A stretch of 64,000 nucleotides of DNA. Source: Cyanophora paradoxa CCMP329 (taxonomy: Eukaryota > Plantae > Glaucophyta). Under the pieces are notes generated by a model that did not search any database, had not been told where the DNA came from, and was given only the letters and a program-made list of their open reading frames with translations. The DNA lies in the NCBI GenBank assembly GCA_004431415.1, contig QPMI01000066.1:124001-188000 (forward strand), written 5' to 3'. The translations under genes were made by a program, and so were the position numbers. This document shows positions 22,701-33,681 of this stretch, one piece after another; within the stretch, counting starts at the first letter, position 1, and each line of letters opens with the position of its first letter.

Positions 22701-25700
22701 GCCGGGCACCTGCAGGTTGAGGAAGCGGATGCCGTAGACCTGTGCGAGGGTATCGGTCAGCTGCAGGGTGAAAGGGCCGGGGTGGGGTGGGGTGGGGGGG
22801 GGGGAGAAGGGGGGAGGGGGTGGGGTGTGGGAGGGGGGGGGGGGGGTGGGGGGCGCACCCCCAGATCCACGGCGAGCTCGGGCACGAGCTGGAAGATCAC
22901 ATCAAGGTCTGGTCGGGGGCAGCGGGTCGGAGCGTGAGGGCGCGAGGGCCGATTCGAGCGAGGGACGGCTGCGCATGCGCACAGACGCTGCTCGGCGGCT
23001 TGAGCTCGGGCAGCTTGATTTCCGGGGGCTTTCCATCCATCCTGCGCGCCCCGGGCTCGTCGAGGCGGGTGGGGCGGTGCGACTGCGCGGCGGGCGCACC
23101 AGCCCGCCACGGGCTTCAGCTGGCCGCTCTCGTACTTGAGGCCCAGTTCGACGCCCGCCGTTAAAGACGCCTCCAGATTGTTCTCCCAGGTCACTGCGAC
23201 GCGGCGCGAGCCCTTGGACGTCGACGACCGCGACCGCGGGAGGGCTGCGGTCCGGCGCACGGGAAATGTCGCCGAGGAGGCCGACTCCCACCTGGCCGCG
23301 ATGCCCCGGCCCAGCTCGGATCGCGATCGCGCGAGCGAAACAAGTAAGGCATCGGAGTTTCATGGCAGCTCACGGTAAAGTAGGGGACGACGGTGATCTT
23401 GACGGGGCCGACCGAGAAACTCAAATCCCTGTGGGGAGTGGGCGGGAGGAACAGGAGAAGGAGGGCAGGACGACGACGCAGAAAATTAAATGGCAGCGCA
23501 CCATTCCTTCTTGAACAGCTCCTTGTACACGCCGACATCGAACGTGCTGCGCGGACCGGACGATCAACATTGTGCACAGCGGCGGCGGTGAAAAGCGCGG
23601 GGATCGAACACGGAGACGTAGACGTTCACGAGCGCCTTCGCTTTCACGCCCGCATACTTCGTGAGCGACATCGACTCTGGTGCAGAAAGTTCAAGGCTCG
23701 GCAATCGGCACTGCGCGAATGCGCCGCAAGAAGGCCCCGCGCACGGAGGTTGTAGTTTGAAATCTTCATCTGAAACTTCTGGCCGGCACCGACTGCCGAG
23801 AAATGGTGCGCGCGAGCGCTTCAGTCAGATTGCGAGCCGGCGCGGCCGCGGTGCCAGGTTCAGACGACACACGCACTCCAGAAATAGCTGCGCCCGAGGC
23901 GACTTCATGATTAGATGCGGCAGACCAGAAAGAATTCGGATTCGAAGGGCATCGCTTTGCGCACATTTCCTTGGGCTGGAGATGTGAACAAGCGAGCGGG
24001 GGCAGACGGTCAGCGCGGGAAGAAATTACAATCCGGAGAGGAAACGTTTGCGGCGCACGTCGATCTTCACAGTGCCATACATGTTGCCTTGGACTGTAGC
24101 GCCTTCCTTCTTTGGGATGTCTTTGCCAGCCTATGAAATAAATAAACATCCGAACCGAGCGCGCGAGTGTGCGCGGGTCGGGGCTGGGTTCAAAATAGTC
24201 GCGAGGAGCGCATGCGCACGTTTACTGAGAAATCCAGCTCGCTGAATGGGCGCCATACATTATCAGACGGCCGCAACGGACAGCATGCGCGATGAGAGAC
24301 GCACAATTTCGGCAACTTGTTCATTTGCCGGTGGAAGGTTTCCTGCACGCAAGCGTAAGGGATGGCAGACTGATAATCGTGCAGCAAGAATTCGAACGCA
24401 CGTCGAAATTGTAGTTCGCGCCGATCGGGGCAGGAATACCTGCGAATGATTACACACTCTCGTCTTTCTTTCTTTCATTTTTCTTACGGAATGTGAAATC
24501 GCAATCCTGACACGTGAGGTCAATACAAGCATCGCTGAGAAGCTCAGGGGACTGAAATAAAATTTTGCGCACCCCAGCAAGACACTGCGTTCGAGGTGGT
24601 ACGGGAGCGAGAGTCAGGGCGGGGCGAGGAGTAATATTGTCCCATCGGAAATTAAAGAGCCACGCGAACCCCAGCGGCCTCGACTGCCAGAGCGGCAAAG
24701 TCGAGAAGCCGGTTGGCGTTCGCGGCCAGCTGAAGAGGAAACGCTTAAGCTCAGCATGAGAAACTCGCTGCAGCGCGCGAGAGAGGCCCCGCGCACGTCA
24801 TCAATTTGTTTATCGAGTTCCGTTTGGACGGTCTTCAGCGCTTGTGTGGCCGGCTTAACGATGAAGTCCAGTTTGCCACCTGAAAAACGTCGGTCAAATC
24901 TAATTGCCCGAACAAATCTTGCGATCGAAAGTGTGGAGCTTTTGCCGCACCGGTCAAATCGTTTGCCTGCGCGTTGACGGTGTGCATAAATTCGCAAGCA
25001 CGTCAGGCTGTAGGCTCCAGCGTACCGCATTCATTAAAGATATCGGGAAGGAGATGGCTCTGAAAAACGGGAAGGTAAGATTTTCGGAGTATTGCGAGTC
25101 CACATGTACAGGTTTAATTTGCGCACGCGTTGACCACTTGCCTGCGAGAACGACCGTCAGGCATGCGCAAGGCGGCTGATCTTTGGGCGCGGGCCTCGCT
25201 CACTTTGCGACGTCCGCAATGGTCGTGACGGCGTCCTTCATCCAGCTAATGGCCTGTGCCCGCCCTTCAGCTCGCTCACTTGCTTGCGTAAACAGCGAAA
25301 ATGCGCGCACCGACTTTACCGCGCCGATGCACGGCTTGATGATGTTGCTGGTCGCAATTCCGCGGTCAGGATTGGCCATGGCATGTGCACGCAGATCGCG
25401 GATACGGGCTACGGGCTTAAGCGCACTTGTTGATCCAGCCAAATAACCTCAAGTTCCGCCTCTGACCGCCTGACGGCGCAGTTCTAGAGCCCGCAGCGGC
25501 CGACCGGCCCCTCTTCTCAGTGCGGGTCGACGACTCGGTTGCGTTCGCGAAGCTCTTGAGGTGCGAGCGGGCGGTCCCTCCGCTGTGCTGCCTGTGGACC
25601 GGCCCGCGATCGCGCCACTCCTTTGGGTCTGGTGGCAGCGGCAAGTTTCTTTTCAGGCGTGCCGGAGCCGATTGAAGGAAGCCAAGAGAGGTTCGCACCG

Positions 25701-27368
25701 AAGTCGTGCCCCCGAACACGGCCTCGCGACTTGTACGTGTGCTCCGGAATGCGCCACGAGTCACTGCGGAGGGATCGGGGAATCAGGACCGCGGCGAGGC
25801 GGTCAACGTTGCGCTCCTGCAAGTTAAATATAGGGCGCACGAGTGCGGCGAGCCGATGTCCTCCTGGTGGACCTCGAGGTCGAGATCCCTGAAGATCTCC
25901 TGCGTCGGGGCGTCAACGTCGGGCACGGCGGCCTTATAATATAAATTCGAAGGGGTCAGAGGCAAGCTTAAGTGCGCACCGACAGAGTGACCTGCTCGGT
26001 GCGCATGTCCACGCACGTCCCGCGGATCGATCCGTGGCCGGCGCCGTGGCCAGCGCCCTCTGGATCCGGATCCCCGCCCTTCAGAGGCTCCTTTTTCGCG
26101 ATGACCGAGCACTCGTGCACGTGAGTCTCCAGGATCCGGACCATGAGGCCCGTCTGCATTCCCGAGCAAGAGAGAATTCGAAGGCGTCAACAAATTAAAT
26201 GATCATGATGATAAAGTAAATGCGAAGCGGCCATGCATATGGCCAGATCCCTCGATCGCGCACCTCCACCTTCTGCTTCGAATCGATGTCGTCATCGAAC
26301 TCGTCATCGGCGAACGCAGATCCGGTGGCGCATGCCCTGAAATTTGAGAATACATGTACATTTCCTTTTCGTCTCAGTCTGCGATTGCACATTCGAATTC
26401 AATTCCAATATGATTCGCGCACCAATGAGCGTCGCCGACGACAATCCTGACGGTCGAATTGGAGCACTCAGCAATTCGGTGACGCACAATTTTGCAACGC
26501 TCAATTATACGAATATTGAATTGCAGAGGGCGCACTTTCCCGGCTGGAACTTGCGCGCGTGCGCGTGCGCGTGGTGGCCCTCTCCTTGCGCCCCGGTGGC
26601 CGAGTGGCCGGCCGCGTCGTGTTCGTGGGCCTTCAGTACGACCGAGACAGAGTCGGGGCTGTGGGCGCAGTGCACAGCCAAGACGGCCGACTCTTCGTCC
26701 AGAGATACGAGGTCAGCAACCTGAGAGTGCGGGCATGTTAGATATGTGCCGTTTTACATTTCTAATGCGCTGATCGAATGCAGCGTGCCTGGAGAGCCGT
26801 GAACCGGAAGTGCGTTCGGTGACCTCTCTTGTTCGTGCGAAACTCCTCGTGGTCAAAGTGAGTGTGGCCGGTCTGAGGTCGTTGGACGATCATAAGCGCG
26901 ACATTATTTAATTAAATATTATCCAGCTGCGCATGCATTTATGCATTGCATCGGTTACCTTCGGGTCTTTCCACCGTTTCGCGTCGTGGCCTGGAAGAGC
27001 ACTTGGCTTCGAGAGGTGCGGCGGCCGCGCCACGAACGGCTTTGCGCCCCCCCCGACATGCGCCGCGCTTTTCCATGCATTGTCTGGGCCAGAATGGGGC
27101 ACGGCTCGATTCGACTGCAGATCAAGCGCGCACGCGAAAGGTGGCCATTTGCAAGGATGCCATCCCGATCATTGGATGTCGAACCTACGAGGTCGGACTC
27201 GACACGGCTCGCCGCACTTGAGGCTTCGGCGCAGCTGTAGGCTGCGGCAACGAAAAGCAACACGGCTGCCAACACGAAAGAAACGCCGGCGGTTGAGCTG
27301 AGGGCCGACCGACGTCGACGCTGCTCAGGCCGCCATCGTTCGCGATCGCGCGCATGGGTGCCTGCCAT
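13707..27368 (-). CDS. Giant secreted, probably GPI-anchored surface protein: signal peptide, pro-like region, beta-rich domain, FN3-like domains, Pmp-like right-handed beta-helix; dozens of short exons
   Basis: N-term MAGTHAR..GVSFVLAAVLLFVAAAYSCAEA; GGA(I/V/L) and FxxN repeats at 15.1-17.3 kb (FHNEALEGGGGAV, FEENAAYFAGGGAL, DSGGAIW, LNGNQAFGGGGIY, VGGAIAVV); C-term ..SRSSAARDREGVRWCSAAALLAAAACLWLSLLHVF*. No intergenic gap seen, but not every junction was phase-checked. Confidence 0.7.
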
Positions 27369-28164
27369 GAACAGGATCGAATGCTTGCCTGGTGCAGCGC
27401 TACCGACTCGGCGATCCAGATCGCAAGTACTGTACACGCGTATGAGTGCACGCGGCACGCGCTGGGCCAGCTCAAGTCCGGTTGCAGGCTTACAAGCTTA
27501 AGGCTTGCACGAGTTCAATTTACAGTGTTGCGCATGCGCCGCCCTGTCGCCTTCAACGTGGCCTTACGCAGCAGACCCGGCAGAGCGTACCGCCTTTAAA
27601 ATTTCTACCCAGAGCTCCGGTACGCACATGCAGTGTCATGCACAGACAGGTCCTACAGGCTTAGGGAGGTCCGACAGTCCGATCCTACAGTCAGGCTCGA
27701 TTTTAAATTTCAGAACCCGGTAAAGTCGATTCGAATTTGGCGAAGTTTCAACGGTTTCGAACTCATCAGCTGAGTCAGCAGTGCCAGTCTAGTACTAGTC
27801 GCATGCGTGCCGCATGACCCGCAGACTGGCCATGGGCCATGGCCCATGGGCCGCAGTGCGGCGCACTCAGTGCCAGTGACTGCCGCCGCAGTGCCGCGCA
27901 CAGTCCCCGGGCCCGCGCACAGCGGCGTAACTTAGTAGTAAGGTACTGCGGCCGTGATCTCGGTACTCACTGAGTCAGAGACTCAGATCGCCGACTCGAC
28001 GCGACGCGTACGGCGCCGGCGGGTCGACGGCGACTCGACGCCGAGTCACTGAGTCAAGAATTTGCCAAGCCCCTGGCAAGTTGCGCGCGCCGTCGAGCCG
28101 CGCGACTCGAGCGTCAGTGGCCCGTCGCTGATCAGGCACTAAATTAACTAGCGACATCATGGCA

Positions 28165-28450
28165 TTAATTAAAAAACGCGGTGTAAATTAAAACCTAGCC
28201 GAAACTTTCCCAAAAACAAATAGTCCGCCGTCACGGCGTCACGCGGTCCAAAAACAAACAAATAACGCCGTCCCAAATTAACGCGGTGTAAACTTTTGAG
28301 GCTTGTATGGGACGGTTACTTTGGGGGGTAATGTATATGGTCCATAATATGAGGCAACTTCGGAGCAGAGAATTAACGCGGACCTTTTTTGTCACGCGGT
28401 AGCGGCGGTACGCGAGTTCTTGTTTCGGTGCGTTAATTATAACTGGTACC
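28165..28450. mobile_element. Decayed MITE with AATTAACGCG words
   Basis: Core GGCTTGTATGGG..GGGGGGTAATGTATATGG matches the reverse complement of 30462-30500. Confidence 0.55.
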
Positions 28451-29129
28451 ATCGAATTTGGTACCGGTAGTAGTGAGTCTACTAGTGACTCACTAATTAA
28501 AGTAAGTGAGCAAAACGCATTAATTTGGTGCCGCAGTAATAGCCATTGGGCCCTGGGGCCTGGGCAGTGGGCCCTGGCCATGGCAGCGGGCATGCCTGCG
28601 CATGCACTGCGGCAGGGTGCAGCTGAGTGACTCAGAGTGAGTCGACAATGAGTCGTGTCAATGACTCGACAGAGTCGACTGACTCGACTCTGAGTCAACT
28701 TCTCAGTCAAGGCCTGCCGAGGGTGCGCATGCACGTGCAAGTGGCTGCGCTGCCACTGCCAGGCTGGGGCGGCGGTGGGGCCAGCGCTAGCGGCTAGCTG
28801 CGCATGCAGGCTGCAGCGGCGCCACTGGGCCAGCGCATGGCATCATTGGCCTGAAAGCTATCACAAGCCCGGCGGCCTCCCCGTCAAGCCCCACCTCTAG
28901 CCTCGAGCCTGCGCCCCAGCCAGCCCACCGGCCGGCTGCCGGCGGGTGGCCACCTCATAAAACCGAAAAGGAGTGGTCCTGCTGGCCGACAAATAGCCGC
29001 CGATTCGCCGGGCTGGCCCAGGCCTGGGGACAAAGCCTGATGCCAACCGGCCAGCCTGGCAGCTGCAGCGTGCAGGTTGGAGCCTGGAGCCTGGAGCTGG
29101 TCGGCTAGGGCCGCTAGGCCAGCGCACAC

Positions 29130-29337
29130 TACAGAACTAGTTAATTTAGTAAAGGAAAATAATTACTGCCACTTCAGCAGCTGGTAAATTTTTAGCAGTT
29201 CGCGGGGCTTTTGTATGGCGGAGACGGGACTACCCCTAAGAAATTCTCGGCTTTAGCAGGCGGGAAATATTTAGTACATCGCCCAAAAACTTTTAGTACT
29301 ATAAATATGCAGCCCACTAAATATTTCTAGTTCTACA
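29130..29337. mobile_element. MITE-like element with imperfect TIR TACAGAACTAG..TTTAGT / ACTAAA..CTAGTTCT
   Basis: Inverted ends, AT-rich interior with TTTAG(T/C)A words, core TATGGCGG and TACCCC. Confidence 0.5.
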
Positions 29338-29809
29338 GGCTACAGCCTACAGCATATCAGTATGGCCAGTTGGATGCCACCACGGATCTGATCGTGAATC
29401 GTGATCATCATATATAGTATTAATAGCTACTAGTAAGTAACTCGGCCGCCAGTCGCCTGCCGCAGCGACTCATCATGATATATCAGGGAGTCATGAATCT
29501 ACGACTCATGATCAGGGGGCCAGGGGCCGGGCCAGGGGCCAGCCCGGCCAGGGCCCTACCGGCCCGCGGGGACCGGGGTTACGGCGGGGTATACCCGGGC
29601 GGGCCGGGCCTACCGTGGCCGGTAGCCTCGGTAGGGGACCGTAGGCCTGCCAGCCAGTGCCACTGTGCCAGGCTGCCACAGCCTGCCAATTGCAAGTTGC
29701 TCGGCTGCATGTGCGCGCCGGCGCGCCACTACGTCACGGCGTATACTAGCCCACCACTGGGGCCACCAGTACTGGCAGTGTACTGCCTAGTAAGTTATTA
29801 GTAACCCTA

Positions 29810-30200
29810 CCGTCTCTCAAAAAACAAACCAAAAACAAGCCTTTTTTCGCGCGAAAAACAAAAAAGCCGGTTTCTTTGCAAAGCTCTTCACTGAACACAC
29901 AATTTGAACACATAGTTTGAACACATACTTCACCGAAATATTTTAATCATTGAACACAAGAATAGAATTATACGGTTTATACCGCGAATTCGAATACAAG
30001 CGACACTTTCTTCAAAGAATGACACTTTTCTTACAAGCGAATACAAGCTTTCCAAATTTCACTTTCTGCAAAGAATATACGTTCGGCGAAAAAAAACCGA
30101 AAATTCGGCGAATGTATTACCTGTGTTCGCGGACAAAAATCGGAGAGAATTCGAACACACAAAGTCACACAAATCGATATCCATGAGGTTTCTTTTCGTC
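29810..30200. repeat. AT-rich patch with TGAACACA / CGAATACAAG repeats (likely element remnant)
   Basis: TGAACACA x4 and CGAATACAAG x2; composition unlike its surroundings. Confidence 0.45.
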
Positions 30201-30329
30201 TCTGTTCCGAGTTCAGGAATCAGGGTTGCTTTTCAGCCGCGAGTTCGGCTCCGAGCCTCCGCCTGCGGTCCAGGCTGCGGACCGCGGGCGGGGTCCGGGA
30301 CCGGCGGTCTCCGCCGCTCTTCGGCCACA

Positions 30330-30590
30330 AATTACCGTAGATTCGCGTAGAACACATAAATACCGCGCCCACTTAATTACCGCGGTACCAAATTACCGCG
30401 CCGAGAATTTGTTAAAACGCGGTAATTAGGCACCGCGGTCATAAGCTCCAGCCAAGTTACTCCATACAGTACCCCCCACGATTACCGACCCATACAAGCC
30501 ACCCGATTACGATTTTTGCTACCCGAGCTCGGGCCGGAGTTTCTAACGCGGTAATTTACTACTAAGTTATGCCGCGGTAATTTCCGATAG
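30330..30590. mobile_element. Decayed MITE with AATTACCGCG words, related to 28165-28450 in the opposite orientation
   Basis: CCATACAGTACCCCCC..CCCATACAAGCC core; repeated AATTACCGCG / CGCGGTAATT. Confidence 0.55.
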
Positions 30591-30617
30591 ATTTCGACGT
30601 CCGAGTACTACTTCGTA

Positions 30618-30878
30618 AACTGTCGGACGGCTTAAATTGCCGTGGTGCCACCGTGTAAAATTGCCGAACTTCGGAATTCGCCCGCGGCCCAAAACCGGAA
30701 TTGCGAATTTGCCGCGCCAATATTAATGAGAATTGCCTTTCCGGTGCTTTACCAGCTTGAGAGTTTAGCCCTACCCCCTGAGAATTCGAATTGCCGCGGC
30801 TCTAGCTAAATTGCCGAATTCGGCCTCTCAGCAATTTACGGCAATCTAAGACCACGGCAAAAAAGCAATCCTACAGTA
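30618..30878 (-). mobile_element. AATTGCCG-family MITE, diverged inverted copy of 32627-32845
   Basis: Starts CTGTCGGACGGCTTAAATTGCCG, ends TCCTACAGTA; collinear with the reverse complement of 32627-32845. Confidence 0.8.
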
Positions 30879-31204
30879 TATATACGTATACGCGTTGACG
30901 TTAACGCGCGCTGCACATCACTGGCATACTATGATCGGATAGCACTGGCAGCAGCACATGTACTACGGACAGTCGACGGTACAGCCTTCACTGTTAATGT
31001 TCAAACGGTTGCAAATACGTATACATGAGGCCGGCCCATGCCATGATCACATGATCATGATCATGATGATGCGGGCCATGCGGCGCGGTCGGCGACTCGG
31101 CGGTCGCTGCAGGCCTGGCAGGCCCGGCGGCCTACCACTGGCACGGTGGCACCGTCTGGCAGGCCTGGCAACTTCGAATTCCGGGCCTAAGTTCCGGCCC
31201 ACTT

Positions 31205-31439
31205 CTGTGGCCTGTAAAAAAATGCCGTAAATTGCCGAGACGCTGTATAATCCTGTATTCGGCAATTTAACGACTCTGCCAGGCTGCAATGTTGCTGGGG
31301 GTAGGTATATTTCTCGAGTCTAGCCCGCCAATTGCAAAGAGCAGAATCTGAATTCGGCAATTTATCGCCACGGCGATTCTGGTTTTGGACGAATTCGGCA
31401 ATTTTTCGCCTCGGCAATTTTCCGCCTCCTTCAGACAGT
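31205..31439 (+). mobile_element. AATTGCCG-family MITE, diverged copy
   Basis: TGCCGTAAATTGCCGAGA..ATGTTG(C/T)TGGGGGTAG..GTTTTGGACGAATTCGGCAATTTT shared with 32627-32845. Confidence 0.75.
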
Positions 31440-31840
31440 AGGCGGCAGTGCCCGCGGCACTACTAGTACCTGTACTGGTTGTACTTCGGCCCGGGGCAAT
31501 TGGCCATGGCGCAGACAGCGGCAGACTCCGCCGCGCATTGGACTCTTACTTTGGCTTAGCGTGAGCTGCGTGACTCGCAGCCTGGCAGTCTGAGTCGCAG
31601 ATTTGTTTCACTTGTTACTATTAGTAAGTTAGTAGTAGTAAGCTGGCAAGTTGCATAATTTACTTGCATTCAATGATTGCAACTCACTAATGAGTCACAG
31701 ACTCACAGGCTCACGAAGTTATGCTTGCCAAAAAAAAGTTGTAGAACCAGCTGGCAGCTGCAGCCTGCAGCCTGCAGTCTACCGTAGTACCGTAGTACGT
31801 AATACGTATACGTATTTTTGTGAGTCGTGAGTCTCGTGAG

Positions 31841-32207
31841 TAGTGCTGTCGTCAGTCAGTCCCCCGGCTGACCCAGTCCGTCAGCCCCCCTGACTGTGGC
31901 CAGGCACGATGTGCGAGAAGAGAGGACGAGAAAAGGAGATTCGGCCCGGGGCCCCCGCCAGGCGCACGTCAGACTCCATATGCATTAGACTGTTACCATG
32001 CACACGGGCGGTTTCTTGAAGATTTCAACGACAGAAGATTATTTTTTGGTCGACCCACGTCAGCTCTAGATGGAAAAAGCCCACAGGGGGGCACGCTCCC
32101 AGCAGGGTGTTGTATGGGACTGAGAAAACGTCAGTCAGCCAAAAGCTGACCCAGTGAGGTCAGTCAGACCCTCTGACTGTGACTGTCAGTGACTGACGAC
32201 AGCCCTA
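31841..32207. mobile_element. MITE with 18-bp TIR TAG(T/G)GCTGTCGTCAGTCA (hAT-like terminus)
   Basis: 17/18 inverted match; subterminal GTCAG/CTGAC words; sits inside a (TCGTGAG)n tract. Confidence 0.7.
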
Positions 32208-32212
32208 CTATA

Positions 32213-32298
32213 CTCGTGAGTCGTGAGTCGTGACTCGTGACTCGGAGTCGTGAGTCGTGAGTCGTGACTCGTGAGTCGTGACTCGGAGAGTCGGAGTC
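32213..32298. repeat. (TCGTGA[G/C])n heptamer microsatellite
   Basis: About 11 units; the same word occurs at 31820-31840. Confidence 0.85.
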
Positions 32299-32319
32299 AT
32301 ATACCAGTGATCATGATGA

Positions 32320-32496
32320 TACCCGGAGAGAATACTGCGCTACCAAATTACTGCGTTCCATCGGCCTCGAAAATGCATTATTTGTTAGCAAAGGGGGTAA
32401 TACTGCGCTACCAAATTACTGCGTTCTAAAAATTTTGAGCGCAGTAATATGATATACGTAGCGCAGTAGTATATGGTAATTAAGTATTACAGGGTA
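32320..32496. mobile_element. MITE-like element, TACCC...GGGTA ends, AATTACTGCG words
   Basis: 28-bp direct repeat AATACTGCGCTACCAAATTACTGCGTTC at 32331 and 32399; inverted GCGCAGTA words on the right side. Confidence 0.5.
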
Positions 32497-32626
32497 GTAC
32501 CGTAGTACGTTTTACTAGTATTATAACAGGTAACTCCTTGTACCGTGTACGCCGCTTCACCGTACTACGGTAGTACGCACGGTAGTATACGTAGTCGAAT
32601 TTTTCGTCAAGAGTTTTTGATCACTA

Positions 32627-32845
32627 TACTGTAGGACGGCTTTTTTAGCCGTCGCTTTATTTTGCCGTAAATTGCCGAGAGGCCGCATTCGGCAATTTTA
32701 AGCGTCGGCAATGTTGTTGGGGGTAGAGGTTTTCTTAGGCCGCCATAGAGCGATTGTCTGGATTCGGCAATTTATTACCGCGGCAATTCCGTTTTGGACG
32801 AATTCGGCAATTTTCCACGACGGCAATTTAAGCCGTCCTACAGTA
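32627..32845 (+). mobile_element. AATTGCCG-family MITE, best-preserved copy (219 bp)
   Basis: Perfect 16-bp TIR TACTGTAGGACGGCTT; flanked on both sides by TTTGATCACTA. Confidence 0.9.
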
Positions 32846-32892
32846 TTTGATCACTACAGTAGTACAGTCTACAGATCGAGACTCGGGAGTAG

Positions 32893-33079
32893 TACAGACC
32901 GACCTTTGATACCTGTGAATTGATCCTTTGAAATATTAATGAGAGAGGGGTACTAGCAGGCTAGATGCAGCTGAACCGTCTATGGCGAAGTCGCGGGCCC
33001 GGCCCGCCCGGGGCTGGCGAAAATATGAAGCTGGCGAACTATATTAATATTTTCGTCACGATTAGAAATATTCTACAGT
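32893..33079 (-). mobile_element. Diverged inverted copy of the 4088-4329 MITE
   Basis: GAGAGGGGTACTA, CTATGGCG, GGGGCTG.CGAAAATATGA.GC.GGCGAAC and ATATTTTCGTCACGATT match the reverse complement of 4139-4280. Confidence 0.75.
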
Positions 33080-33681
33080 TCAACGTGTTTTTTATTGAAT
33101 TACCGGCTACAGCCTCAAGTCTACTCTGCGGCCGGCGGCCCGGCGCCGGCGCCGACTCGGCGCCGGCGCCGACTCGCCGCCGAGTCGACGTCAGCGCCGA
33201 GCTCGCCGCCGAGTCGCCGACTCGCCGTCGACTCCGGCCCCGGGGGCCCGAGTGACCCGAGTCTGATCCGAGTCATCCGACTCGGGCCACTCGGCGCCGA
33301 CTCGGCCGGGCGTCGAGTCCGACGGTCGGCGAGTTGCCGCCGACTTGAGCTCCCGCTGAGCCGCCCCGCCCGTGGCCCGGTGCGCGGCCGCCCTTGCCGA
33401 GTCGGCCGGCCGACTCGCGAATCGCGATCCGATCCGACGATCATCGGCGGCGAGTCAGCGCCGACTAGCACTCGTGCCGCCCATCAGCCGCTGCATTAAT
33501 TGCCACAGTTCAAGCACTGCGGCACCAGCAGCACTCGTTCGCCGTATTTTCGGATATCGCATATACGGGAGCGCAACAATTAGCCGCCGCAGCAGCTCGC
33601 GATCGATCGAGAGCACGAGCTTTGCAGCCTGGCAGCCTGCGAGCAATCGCAACTTGGCAACCGCATCTCGCGATCGTTGAG

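Noticed and set aside
29801-29808. TAACCCTA telomere-like word
   Set aside because: Single occurrence, no array.
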